Shown here: positions 10,736-24,332 of the stretch, piece after piece
Layout of the letters: each line of letters opens with the position of its first letter
How positions within the stretch are numbered: position 1 is the first letter of the stretch
DNA from: Lama guanicoe
Lineage: Eukaryota
Length of the DNA: 64,000 nt
Direction: 5' to 3'
Assembly: GCA_013239625.1 (NCBI GenBank)
Contig: MU054100.1
Span: 34,580-98,579 of the forward strand
Made by a program: the position numbers and the translations under genes
Notes under the pieces: generated by a model
The model's database searches: none
Seen by the model: the letters and a program-made list of their open reading frames with translations, nothing else
What the model was told of the DNA's origin: nothing

Positions 10736-13700
10736 AGAAAATGAGGACTAGCTAAGACACAACTGACACAGAGTGAGAGCTTGTTGGGATATTTTGGGAC
10801 GTTTGTTTGGTTTTGTTTCACTACTCAATTTTTTTTTCAGTTGCAATATGCAAAAAAATAATAACTAAGATTAAAATCCCACAACTCAAAGCCTTCCAAA
10901 GGTCCTAAAAGGTACTTTCTGCCATTAACATGAAAACATGGGCCCTTTTGTGAGATCTAGTAATTGAGAGCTCCGTTTACACATTTCCTGTTGAAAAAGT
11001 TGGCAGGTTGAGATGGTACGGCAGTTCCTGGGTTGGAGGACTACTCAAGGGAAGGGGTTGGAGTGCTGAGTCTGCACCATGATTGTGGACACATAACTGG
11101 AAAATGGCAGATCTCTGTAGCTCAATTTGATGCATTTCAGCACAGTGATTATAAGGAACTGAAACCTATAGGACGCCAAGAGGCAATCATCATGGAATAC
11201 TCCAGTGCAAGTCCAGGAAAGTGTATGTGTTGAAATGAAATGTACTCATCCTTTTATCAAAAGTACTTCCAATCAAGGATCAGAGTGTTACAGGAGAGTA
11301 GGAAGTATGAATTTTGGCAAAAGGCAAGGAGCCATGATGTGTTTATTAACTAAAAACTGACTCTGTGTGTTTCCCTGGTTTTTAAGGCTTCAGTTTTGTT
11401 TCAGAGATGGCTGGATAAATGTGCCTAATATTCCCAGGGATTTGCCTTGTGGCTCCAACAGCATAAGTACTATTCAGTCACTCACTTCCTGTTACTAAAT
11501 ATATGCAATGCATTAAGATCTTCTGGCATTTTTAAGTTATGATATAAAATGGAATCCTACCATCAAAATTAGTGTATGTACAAAGTATGCACATATATGC
11601 ACACTTGTGCACACACATACCCAGAAAACCAGCAGCATGAAAGATGTCAAAAGCTATTTCTTATTCAGTGACAATAAACGATACAGAGAATAAACATTAT
11701 AGTTTTTAGAAGTGGAGGATACATAAGCTGCTAATGGTCGAAGAGAATATTTTTGAAGACTAAGAGGAAATTTATGAAATTGGAAATGAGATGGTCCTTG
11801 AAGGGGTTAGACAGCATATAAATAGGAGGAAGAGGAAGTTGAACCTCTAAGGAAAACGTCTGCATTATTGACTGAAAAAATGAACAGAAAGACAGTTTCA
11901 CTGGCAAGAAAATACTTGGCTCCTCTCAGACCAGCAATCACATTTCAGGAAAGCCTTCTGTTCATGGCATCTAACCTGATAAAAGCAGTCTAACCTGAGT
12001 TTGACATATGCCTTTGAGGGGATTTTACCTTTCTCACTGGTGGACTTAGGGGAAGAACACAGAGAAAGAGGACCATGTTACGAAGTTGACCTTAGGCCTG
12101 TTGAGTGTTTGTGGTGTGTGATGCTAACAAAGTGTCAATAAACATAAGCAATATTGGTTTCCCAAAAAAGATGAACAGCTGCTCCTAACTGGAAGTGAAC
12201 AAAGTGCCTGCAGATTTAGCCACTCTCTTCAGAGCACCTGAAGCCAAGCCAGCAGCACAGGCATTTCTGAGCTCTTTGTGGACATATGAGTGGGTCCTGG
12301 CTGGGTCTGTGCACCCCTAGCCCTGCCGCCCCACTGAGCACACCGGAAGTTGTCCTTCCATTTCCAGCCACATACCAGGAGAGATTGGAGAGCAGACAGA
12401 ATAAAGAGCAGTTCAATTAAATTTTAGTAGACTTCAGGGTATGAGTAAAGGACTTGGGAGTGAGTTTAGTGTTTTTTGCTATCTCTGTCAAAGGATGACA
12501 TAAGTCTACCATACCAGAATAGTTTGTATTATTTAAATACTATTTTCTCTAAAGACACTTTTTCATTCCATTGTTGCATTCATTGAATTCAACTACTTAA
12601 TAGGTAGTTTTTATGTATATTATGGATGATTATTAATAAGACCACTAGCAATTTATTGAGCAGTTTTTTCTGTGCATATATACATTTCCACTTTAATTTA
12701 TCAGTATTACAGTGTTATAAGCACCACAGTGGAAGTAAAACAATATAGAGGGACTGAGGATGGAAATCTACTACGTTTAGCATCCCACATCCCAAATACA
12801 ACCACTTTAGTAGTTTCTATTAACTATTAATAGTTATTTCTTTTCTTCCCCTCTCTTCTCTCTCTCTCTGTTTTTGCTGGGTATGCCTTCATGTGGTTCA
12901 CAAGTTATAACAAAATACAAAGGGACATCTAATATATGACAATGAATTTCCTTCTACCGCTTCTGCTCCCATCCCCCGCCTCCCCGCCTCCTGTCCTGCC
13001 ATTGGCAGCCACTCTGCTAGTTTCTTGTCTGTCTCCACTGTGTCTTTATGTCAGTGCAGGCAAGCGCCAGGATATATCCTCATCCTCCCTCCCCTTTCCG
13101 ATGTTTACCTCCTTACTCTAAATGGTGTAGTTTTCATGTATCATTCATATATCTCTTCACTGATCAATTTAAAATGTCCGTTTACACTCCTCTCCTGACT
13201 TGACTCCTCTTCCTTTGGTTGGTGCTCTGTTGGTTGGTTATGTTTGCATTTTTGATTAATTTACTTAGAACTTTCTCATTTCATTTATATGTATTGGCTC
13301 TCTGAGGACCTGCTTTGTTGGAGGAGGACATCCAAGCCTCCCTCCCCTGCCACCTCCCATCTTGCGCTCACTGTGTCTTCACCTTACGGTGACAAGAAAA
13401 ATATTGTGTACATTCTGTTCACAGCCAAATTCGTGTCTTGTCTATGTATTGCTTCTAAAGTTTTAAAACTAAGAATAGGTTTTTATTTTTATAATTATGT
13501 ACCTTGACAAGATTTGGCCTCAGTGAGAGTCTCCTTTTTTGTCAGGTGACCTGGCTTTCTCCCTCACCTCCCCCAGCCATTGTTACCTCTCCTCTTACCT
13601 TGGCTTGCTCTTTGCCAGTTGGACAGTTTTTGTGTCTGCACGCTGGTCATTTTGTGCACAGTTGGTAGACGTTCCACTCTGAATTGCCAGCCTTCCATCA

Positions 13701-14921
13701 GCTCTACGATATTTGAATCCATGATTTCCTTGTTACTTTTACTTCTTCAATTTTCTGTTCTCTTCTACTGGGAAGTCTCAATTGTCTATTTGAATTTGCC
13801 AGGTGATTTCTTTTTCTGATCGTTATTTTTCTCAAGTGTTCTGTCTCCATGTGGCTTTGGGTCCATTACTTATTATTTCAGCACCTCAGTTTATCATCTG
13901 AAAATGAAGATTATAATGCCTCTCACTGCTGTCATTAGTGATAAATGAAAGAATGTAGGCAAAGCACTTACTCACCACTGACATCTAGTACCAGACTTCC
14001 TGCTGTTAAGCTTTAGACGCAATGCATCTCTGTGCTGTATAGGAAGCTTAACGGGAAACAGAATTCAAAGATGCAGACATATGTTGCAGAGTGCTTTTCT
14101 GTTCTCCTTTTGGCATGGCACTGTTTTAGAAGATAATAAATGTGGTTTTTAGCCTTCTGTACTCTTGAAAATAAGCAAACAAGCATGCAAATAAAAACAG
14201 AATCTTGTTTGCCATGTTCTGAGACTTCAGTTCTTCCAAGTAACGATGAGTCCATTGACTCCGGTCCCCCTAAGTATGAACAGTACATTAATTCTCAGCA
14301 GCATAACAGAACTAAGATGTTTCTCCTGTCAATGCTAGTCCGTATATTTGTTCTTTGCAAGCAAACATACTCCACTTATGTCTCGCTGACTCCAGCTCAT
14401 CAATTTACGTGTTCTAAAGAGACACCTGTCAATTACTTAAGTAATTCTAAACCTGTGTTGAGTATCGGGGTGTGCAGTATTTTTGCATGGTCGTCAATGT
14501 TTTTTGTTTCCCAATATACCCATGTGTCACCTCGTACACTATCACTGATTTGATATATTCCTGAATAAAACACTTTTCAAAAAATTAAATCTTGTCTATT
14601 CTGAAAAAAAATCAAGTGTTCCTTGAATTCATGCTGACGGGGAGATACTCACTTGGCATCTGTCTTACATTAGCTTCAGGGATTTTTTTTTTCTTCTGGT
14701 CTAGTGAAAAGAATTTTGGTTTGTGGGTCAAGAGGTGAGGTGTGCTTCGGGCTCTCCCTCTGGCTGTGAGGCCTTGGGCACAGCACATAACTTCACCTCC
14801 CTGGGTCTCTCTCCCTTCTCTATAAAAGGTCTCAGTGATTTCAGTTCTGAAATCCGATGGTTCTGTGTTAAATTGCTTACTTTCTCCAGGAGGCACTGAT
14901 GCATTCTCTTCATGTTGGCAG

Positions 14922-15034
14922 ATGCCCAGAATCTACTCGGCCCAAAACAGTACGCCCCTGTCTCCTGTGCAAGAAAGACTGTATCGTGACCATGTTCAGC
15001 GAGTGGACGCCCTGCCCAAGGCTGTGCCAGCCAG
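14922..15034 (+). CDS. THSD7B: THSD7B internal exon (about human exon 10)
   Basis: ggcag|A acceptor and CAG|GTAGG donor. Translates (R)CPESTRPKTVRPCLLCKKDCIVTMFSEWTPCPRLCQP(G). Phase 2 in and phase 1 out fit the neighbouring exons. Confidence 0.95.
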
Positions 15035-17644
15035 GTAGGCGGACGCTGTTCCCTTCATGCTTTCTCTCCTTCCTGATCACCTGCTTGCTTTCCCCACTGA
15101 TAAATATGCCAGAGACTGTGGAACAGAAGCTCCTGTCTTTTCCAATTGCATGTCACCCTGGGAACAAAGGTTGTAAAATTTGTAGATGAAGTCTTAGATT
15201 TCCAGATCCCACAGAACTTGGCAGGGAAAACATGATCAATTTTACATGTCGTAGTGCCTCGGGTGTGTGTTGCAGAAGTATTCGTCTTCTGTTGACCCCG
15301 TTGTGGCATTTCAATCAGCCATTCACACGTGGTCCCCCATCAGACATCCACACCATCCCATTTATCTGTGGCTCCTGTACTTAGAGCCTGACTCCAGGCA
15401 TCTTCATTAGAATATAGGGCCTTAAGCGCTAAGCATGTGTCACTGATGAATTTAAATTCCAGCCTGTGGAAGAAAAGAGGCAGATACATTAAAAAGTATT
15501 GAACAGGTAAGGAAATTGGCAATATATGGTAGGTACTTCTTTCCTTTTAATGGTGATGCTCTGTACCTCTGGATGTATTTGGAGGGCTGTGATCCAGGAG
15601 GCTTAATACCTAAGTTCCAATAAACACACAGGAAAACTTTTATAAAATGACTTTCTTAGAACCAGTATTTCCGCCCCACTTATTTCAGTCCCCTGATGAG
15701 GTAGTCCAGGTGGAGACACAGGAACTAGTTCCAGAGCTCCGTTTTGGCCTAAGACCTAGAGTTAATAACTTGGTCCCTCTCCCCTAGCCTCAGACCCCAG
15801 CCTCGGTTCTATGAATCTTACCATTGCCGTAGTAAGAAAAGTTACACCCAAGAAAGGGAAGGATGGAAAGAGTATTAACCCTACTGCTCGAAGCAAACTT
15901 ACTCACATCCACACCCCTCTGGCCTTGTCTGGACAGCCGTGTACTCGGGCAGGGCGTGGCTCTCAGTGCATCGCTGCTCTAGCCCCCTGGAAGATCTCCA
16001 GGAGAGGAAAGCATGTGGCTCTTTGAAGAGAGAACCCATCCCAGAGATCGAGAGCACTGAACTCCTCTCCTTGGAAAATTCTGGCTCTGTGCATCTAGGA
16101 TCCCCCAAAGGCTCTCTGACTCACACATCTTCATGGGAGTGACATGACAATGTGGCCAGCATTGACATAGACCTGTCTGCTGCTTCAAAGCCCTTCTCAT
16201 TGATGGACGGGGGTGGGGGGTGCTGGTAGTGACTGCTTTTGAAGAATATCATCAATCAGTGTCTTAGATTGCAATGGGTTTGGGGGGTGCCTGTATGAAG
16301 GTTTTCTAACTGTGCCATTTCCTCTTCTTAAATGACCCTCTGCCCTAGAATTAACATAGTAGCATCCAGTGAACTTTGCCTGTGGATGGAATCAGAAATA
16401 AATGTACTGAATACAGAAGAACTTTGACAATACAGTGGAATGTTTATCTGATCTTTTGAGGGGTGGAGATAGCAGTCTCTTCTGGAAACCCTCCAGCACT
16501 TATTTTCCAGAATGAAAATTCAGAGTAATTGAGCCGGAGGAACAGGATTTGTTGAGTCACCTGGGGAAGGTCGTTTCCAGACAGAGTGGGATGGAAAAGC
16601 TGTGATCTCTATTCTGAACCATTTGAAGGAGGAGATTGGCTTTTGAAATTTTTGTAGTCACTTATCTGAAAAACATTCAAGCTCTTAAAGATATATATAG
16701 GAAAAATGCAAGAAGATCAAATAATCTATGCTAATAGAGGTTTATTGAAGTTCAGCTGTTTCTTTTCATTTCTTCCTCATAGGGGATTAGCATAATGCCT
16801 CTGTTAAATGGTTTTAAGAGAGGAAAGGACTGAATTAAAAAGAATACCCATGCTGGCAGCCAGATATTGGTGTTTTGAGCTGTCAGGGTCCCCTGACACC
16901 TAAGAAGGCATATTAGTTTTGTTGAGCCCATGTGCCCCAGTGGCCAGAGATTACTTCAGCTACCGCTATTGTATGCATCTACATTCAGGAAAATTCCCTC
17001 TGCTGTGTGAGCGTCTTCGTCCAGTGCCGCCTAAGGATGGAGGGATCACAGGCCATGCGAGATAACTGCTCTTCCAGCAGTTTTAGCTCTTACTCCCATT
17101 TTCAGAGATTCAATTAGTTATTTAAATGGTTGGCATTGTAGTGAAAATAGTTCTAAGCCTCTGTGGTCTCTTTTTGCCTCCAGTTTTTCAAACCTAGATG
17201 ATTCTCTTCACACCCTGGCAGTCAGGGGACCTGGCAGAGCATAAATTCAATTTTTAGATTTCTTCCAGTCTTCTGCTTCCATCCTATTCACCCACATGTC
17301 TAGTTTATACTCGGGGACCAATATATTATTAAATAACCATGGGTTCGTTAGGGAAGACTATGAGAGGGAGGAGATTATTGGAGGAAATGGTAGCTCTAAT
17401 CCTATGGTTCTCAGGCTTTATTGCTTCTGAATCATGTGGAAGCGTTGTTAAAATGCAGACTTTGGGCTACATGGCTAGAAATTCAGGTTCAGTAACTGTG
17501 GGCTGTTTCCCAAAATGTGTGTTGTAAGAAGCCGTCCCTGAAGGGGGATGTACTCCCCCCCTTAAAATAAAAGTGGATCATAGATCCATGAGCAAACACT
17601 GCTTGAACTCTGGACATACAGCCTGTTTTTCAGCTTCTTGCTCC

Positions 17645-17830
17645 AGCATTGTAGAGTGTGATGGCTGAGAACACAGACACTGGAGCCAAACAGCCAGGAT
17701 TGAGCTCCAAGGTTTGCTGTGTGACAGTGGATGCATTACTTACTCTCTCTGTGTCTCAGTTTCCTCATCTGTAAAACAGGGTTAATAACCACACCTATGC
17801 ATAAGGGAAATACTTAGAGCACTCATTGCC
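17645..17830 (+). mobile_element. MIR SINE relic
   Basis: Core ctctgtgtctcagtttcctcatctgtaaaa motif. Other MIR-like relics are at about 3820-4010, 28150-28380 and 35920-36120. Confidence 0.7.
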
Positions 17831-18323
17831 TTGCATTGGGTAGGCACCTGGCAGGCCATTGCACCTGCCTGGTGTGAGGCTGGCTGTGTTAAGTTGCCCT
17901 TCCTTCCTGCACCCTCAACCTGTACGTCCGCAGGGACCTGCTGTAGCAGCCTTTCTCCGGGAACAATGTGCTCATCTTTCAGACTACGTTTGCCCCTCTT
18001 CCCCTAGTCGCCTCACTAACTGGGTCATTCCACAGCGTCCTACACACCCCCTTTCTGACACTCCCATACATATCCTCCCTTGTTAATGTCACCTTTCCTA
18101 GATTGTAAGTGCACAAATGCGGGGACCACTTGTGTCATCTTTATCACTAAGTCCTGTAAGCCCAGGATAGCATGGGGCAGAGCTGTCACTCAGTATTTTT
18201 GAATGGACAGATGTCCTCTAATGAGGGAGAAAAGTGTGGCTTTGAATCCAGGCAGTTGATTCTCTGTTTTTGAGACTGTCCTTCAAAAGATAATTTGGGA
18301 AATAGCATTTTAAAGCAGTACTA

Positions 18324-18908
18324 GAAAGGTCTTGCTTCCATTTAGGTGAAGCCAAAGCATTAACAGATTGTTCAGCACATCCAGGCCAATTAGGGGGAAA
18401 GGTATTGGTCATTCAGAATGTCAGATCGGTTCAAAATCACTTATTCTGGATTTCAGAATTTCTCCCACTCAAAGGCAGACTGGCATCAGCCTCTCTCTGT
18501 ACTTAACCCTTTCAAGGACATGTGGACCCCTCCTTCTCCACACAGGCCCATCTGTACTTTTGTCCACCTGGGAAGTGGAGAGTGGAGTATAGTTTACATC
18601 CAAATACTGGAGAGTCTAAAGTGTTTGAGTATCAGGATGTGGGGCCTGGAGCACCAGCCCCCCAAATGGTGTTGAAGGCGATATAATGATCTAGTGACTT
18701 TCCTTGAGAAAGTGACTTAATCTAAATTTAAGTTACAACCTCTATAAATTTTGGATGATTTTTATTACCAGGTGTTCAAAAAACAACTAAGTAAAATAAG
18801 ATGTGTATCTCACATATTCATCCCAAGCACAGCCTAACATGCAGAGGACAGGTGCCTTTGTTTTCACAGGCTCCACTGGGGGCATGGGCCCCCTTTAGTG
18901 TATGATTT
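18324..18908 (+). repeat. 585-bp direct duplication, copy 1
   Basis: Appears identical to 20510-21094 (offset 2186). Identical ORFs are predicted in both copies. Confidence 0.95.
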
Positions 18909-20509
18909 GTAAGCCCCAGTAAGAAATCAGTCAAATGGCCAAGAACCATTTTTTGGTGATGTTCTTGCTATTTTCTCTAATCTTCCTTCAACCTGTGAGT
19001 CAAATGCCTGCATAAGTATCCAGTGTTGTTTGCTTAATAATGGCAACAGTTTTTTAATTGTAGAGTTTCTCAGAATCATGGAGTTTTTTCAGTGCACAGA
19101 TGTCCCAGACTCACCTCATCCCATGTTAGAGTCTCTTCATGTTGGAGGGACATTTGCAATATTAAAACTCACCAGAAGTGACTCTTACAAGTCAGCAGGC
19201 AAGAGAAACACTCATTTAGTGCTTCATAATTTACAAGATATCCTCACGTGCATTTTAGCCTCCTCTAGGAGATTGCTGATAATTGTTTGCCTCATTAGTA
19301 TTGGAAATTAATTATCTTGGCTGCTGATCTCATAACTATGACATCTAGTGTTTTTACTTTAAAGTCACAAATGAGTACTGACTTTCCAAGATTTCTCTCA
19401 GGCTGTCTTTAAATAGGCTCACTTTATATTGTCAAGGTTTAATAATACAAATTCCAGGCATACATCAAATACTACGATACTAATGTAAAAATATTAATGA
19501 TTAATAGAACACACTCCTATGTAACCATCACCAAGTAAAAATTATCATCAATTCGTGATCACTCATGTTTTGTTTGTATACCCTTATCCCCCTTTTCATT
19601 GCCAGTGGATACTTTGTAATGGTTTCCAGATATGTATACCACTTCCCTAGAAGGGAAAAATACGTAAAGAGGAAAAGTTATTAGACACTTTATTAGATAA
19701 AATGTGGTATATTCAAAATAGTTCTTCTTGTAAATTGCTAGAAACCATGGAGCTAATGATGAATTATTTGTCATTCTTAATAATTTAAGGCTGATCGAGT
19801 TCCTTTAACTTTCATCTCTAAGGGCAGGCTGCAGAGCAGCATCATGGTAACAGGAAGGCCAAAGGCAAACTGCTGTTGAGAATTGGTAGGAAACTTCATC
19901 TGGTGGGATCCTTTGCTCCTGTGTCAAAGGTCCTGGAGTTACACCATGAGCTTCCAGTATCAAAGACAATAATGTTTTTTTAATGCCCGAGTGGTGTGCT
20001 ATTGTGATGAAGAACATGGAATCTCAAGCGAGACTACCTCGGTGCAGATCCCATCTTTGCCATACAAGTCCCTTGAGACTCACTTTAAATGTTGTGTTTC
20101 AGTTTCCTCCTTCTTTTTAAAATGGCTAATAAAAGCACCCAATTCATAGTGAATTATAAGGATTCAGTGAGAATGGGACACATAGCAGGATGCCAAGTAC
20201 AAGAAAATTATTATTATGTTAAGACGATGATGGTGATGATTTAAGAGCCTTAAGGTCAGGGAACTTGTCCTCTATTGTGTTGGTATCTTGCAGTTGCTAG
20301 TTGTCCATGTACTGGTCTTATGAGACTTGTTTCCATGTGTGTATTTTTCTTGAACAGATTACAGAGTCTAGAGGGCAGAGATCTTCTGCTTTCACTAACG
20401 AACATCTAGTGCTTAGCACCATGTCTGGCACATAATGGACATTCAGTAATTGTCATTGAATGAATGAGTAAATGAAATCCACATCTTTTGCGTGACCAGT
20501 TCTAACTCT

Positions 20510-21094
20510 GAAAGGTCTTGCTTCCATTTAGGTGAAGCCAAAGCATTAACAGATTGTTCAGCACATCCAGGCCAATTAGGGGGAAAGGTATTGGTCATTC
20601 AGAATGTCAGATCGGTTCAAAATCACTTATTCTGGATTTCAGAATTTCTCCCACTCAAAGGCAGACTGGCATCAGCCTCTCTCTGTACTTAACCCTTTCA
20701 AGGACATGTGGACCCCTCCTTCTCCACACAGGCCCATCTGTACTTTTGTCCACCTGGGAAGTGGAGAGTGGAGTATAGTTTACATCCAAATACTGGAGAG
20801 TCTAAAGTGTTTGAGTATCAGGATGTGGGGCCTGGAGCACCAGCCCCCCAAATGGTGTTGAAGGCGATATAATGATCTAGTGACTTTCCTTGAGAAAGTG
20901 ACTTAATCTAAATTTAAGTTACAACCTCTATAAATTTTGGATGATTTTTATTACCAGGTGTTCAAAAAACAACTAAGTAAAATAAGATGTGTATCTCACA
21001 TATTCATCCCAAGCACAGCCTAACATGCAGAGGACAGGTGCCTTTGTTTTCACAGGCTCCACTGGGGGCATGGGCCCCCTTTAGTGTATGATTT
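20510..21094 (+). repeat. 585-bp direct duplication, copy 2
   Basis: Appears identical to 18324-18908. Confidence 0.95.
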
Positions 21095-22807
21095 ATAGCC
21101 CATAGATCACCACATTGCCTCAGTACTCAATAAATATTCCTGAAAATTTAGTGGGAGAAATGAAAAACACTTGGGCTGGTAGAAATTACAGTTCTCACCC
21201 ATACCTCTTCCAAACTGAAGGCTTCTGTTGATAAAATCTGTAAAAGATACTTGCCTTCAATTCATACATAGGACAAAAAAAAAAAAATGAAATTCTCTTA
21301 ATTTCTTTCAATGTTTTCCTTCCATGTGGTTTTTTTTTCCCTTTAAAGTTGGCACCTTCTGCCCATCTCTATTAAAACCCAGTATGAGGTGGCTTTGATT
21401 TGGCCAAGAAATCAGATTTGGCAAAAAGAAAGGAAATTTAGAACATTTCATGATAACCTGATGACCATTCAGACGTGCAAGAGCACTGGTGGGTTATAAG
21501 GAGACCTGGTCCTCAGAGGGCAGAAATATAAATGCTGTTACCTACCCCCCCGACTTCAGAGCAAATATTAGTCCATACAGTGGTTGACACGGAAGCAGTC
21601 TATAATTTATTGATATGTGTTGTCCTATTTAATTGTTAACTCTATTTGAAAAGGACTATATAATCTCATCTTCCATACAAGGAAATAGAGGCTTAGTTCT
21701 GGGTCCCAAGGTTGCAAAACTAATGAATGGCAAAAGCACGTGGAATCCTAAGCTCTTAACCACTCCTTCAGCAGTTAATATTTGCTGAACACTCACTGTG
21801 TTTCAGGCACTGTGCTGGGTACCGTGTGTATATGTGCAGAGTGGTGGGGGAACACACTAAGCCCTCCATAGGGGAGAATGCTGGCCAGTGGAGGAAGACA
21901 GAGGCATTGAACACAGAATTACCTAAATGAATATACAGTTACAAAGTACAATATGTGCTTTGTGGAATTCAGGAAGCTAGGAGAAAAGGTAGGAAGGCAG
22001 AATCAGAATTCCTCTCTGTCTGGAATGTCTTTCTCCTCACCATTGCTGGTTGCCCATCTTATTAGATGTAAAATCCTTGCCTCCTCTGCAGAGCTGATCC
22101 TGATCCTCCTGCTAGAAATAACCACTTCTCACTCTAGAGTCTCATAACCCTTTCTGAATGGCTTGCAGTCTAGCTATTGGTTAATGTGTTTTGTGTCTCT
22201 CTGTAAAAACACAAAGTCCTGGAGGGCTAACACCTTTTCAGTTTTCATTCCCCGAAGTGCCTAGTAATGAACTTTAGACAGAATAGAATTCAGTGAAGTT
22301 GTGTCAGACAAAATGGATGCCAGTTAGAACCTACTTGCTTAAGCACACCTAACAAACTGCTGAAAGGGAAGAGGATCTGCCTTTACAACTAAATTTCCTC
22401 CACATCACACTATGACGCTGGCAGTAGAAGATGTGGGACTTAGAGATTCACATTTGTCTCTGGTTTCCTGGCAAATGTGGTTAAAAGGGAAACACATTCC
22501 ATCGCTTTCATTCATTCATTCATTCATCCAGTCAGTTTGGTTATTAATATTTCAGTGAAGTCGTATAAGTATTGTATGGGAAACAAAGACTATTCAATTG
22601 TTAATTCCTGAAAGGCAGTTCCTACCAGAGCTCCACATTGCAACAGCACTCACAACTGAGGCCGTATATCTGTAGCGAATGCAATGATGGGTTTCCTGGA
22701 GTTTTTAATATACAATTAAAGGGTATAATGTTGAAATCCAAAATTCTGGTCACATGCAGTTTTTCAGTGGCCTAGATTGATCCAAGGGTAAAACTTAGAC
22801 TAGTTTA

Positions 22808-22980
22808 AGCAATTTTCTGAATGTGTGGCCCATAGGCTTCCAGCTCAGAATTAACTGGGATTCTTGTTAAAACCCTAAGAGATTCTGATTTTGAAGTCAG
22901 GATCAGAGCCTCCAAATCTGCGTTTTTAAACAAATTGCCTTAGGAATTCTAAGACACATTAAAGTTTGAGAACCACTGAA
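22808..22980. mobile_element. MER5-like hAT relic
   Basis: Ends in aaagtttgagaaccactg and contains gagattctgatt. A similar relic is at about 31681-31835. Confidence 0.6.
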
Positions 22981-23607
22981 CTGTAGAAAATTTTAATTTA
23001 ATGATGTGCCAATGGATTCTTTGAGAAATGTGTAATGTGTGTCTATTATATTGTTCTAACCAAGTCTGTTTTGGCTTTTAAGGATCAAAGGTCTTTTTAC
23101 AAAGCTTACAAAGCTACATTAAGTAAAAAGGGGCTTGTTGGGAGGTTATAGCAGGAAATCTCACAGATGTCCAAAAATAAGGAAAAGACAGTTTGCGGGC
23201 ATATGGGAACTAGAAAGTTAAGCAGAAACTGAGGCTTCTCCCTCCGGCTCTCAGAGCCAGTGTGGTTCCTCCCATCTCTGCTTCTCTCTGTGCACCTGCT
23301 GCCCTGCCCCTTCTAATGGGCTTCCTTTGAATCTCTGCTCTTATAACCAGCAGAAATGGGGCGCAGCAATGGCTGTCTAGTCCGAAATCTACAAACTTTT
23401 TACGTCAAGAACCCAACACCGACGGAAACTTCCTTTCCTTTGGGGATCTTTATTCAACTTACCAAGTAAAGTCTGGTGGCCGGGTTTGGGTCAGGTCCTT
23501 CAGTCACTCAGCAGCCCAGGGATCAGCCCCTCAGGTCAGGACCCATCTGGAGGTGACGGGCAGTGGTGCAGAAAGCAGCGGGAACTGACTGTGGGGGCCT
23601 TCCGCTC

Positions 23608-24332
23608 NNNNNNNNNNNNNNNNNNNNNNNNNNNNNNNNNNNNNNNNNNNNNNNNNNNNNNNNNNNNNNNNNNNNNNNNNNNNNNNNNNNNNNNNNNNNN
23701 NNNNNNNNNNNNNNNNNNNNNNNNNNNNNNNNNNNNNNNNNNNNNNNNNNNNNNNNNNNNNNNNNNNNNNNNNNNNNNNNNNNNNNNNNNNNNNNNNNNN
23801 NNNNNNNNNNNNNNNNNNNNNNNNNNNNNNNNNNNNNNNNNNNNNNNNNNNNNNNNNNNNNNNNNNNNNNNNNNNNNNNNNNNNNNNNNNNNNNNNNNNN
23901 NNNNNNNNNNNNNNNNNNNNNNNNNNNNNNNNNNNNNNNNNNNNNNNNNNNNNNNNNNNNNNNNNNNNNNNNNNNNNNNNNNNNNNNNNNNNNNNNNNNN
24001 NNNNNNNNNNNNNNNNNNNNNNNNNNNNNNNNNNNNNNNNNNNNNNNNNNNNNNNNNNNNNNNNNNNNNNNNNNNNNNNNNNNNNNNNNNNNNNNNNNNN
24101 NNNNNNNNNNNNNNNNNNNNNNNNNNNNNNNNNNNNNNNNNNNNNNNNNNNNNNNNNNNNNNNNNNNNNNNNNNNNNNNNNNNNNNNNNNNNNNNNNNNN
24201 NNNNNNNNNNNNNNNNNNNNNNNNNNNNNNNNNNNNNNNNNNNNNNNNNNNNNNNNNNNNNNNNNNNNNNNNNNNNNNNNNNNNNNNNNNNNNNNNNNNN
24301 NNNNNNNNNNNNNNNNNNNNNNNNNNNNNNNN
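23608..24332. other. Assembly gap (725 N)
   Basis: Run of N. Confidence 1.
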
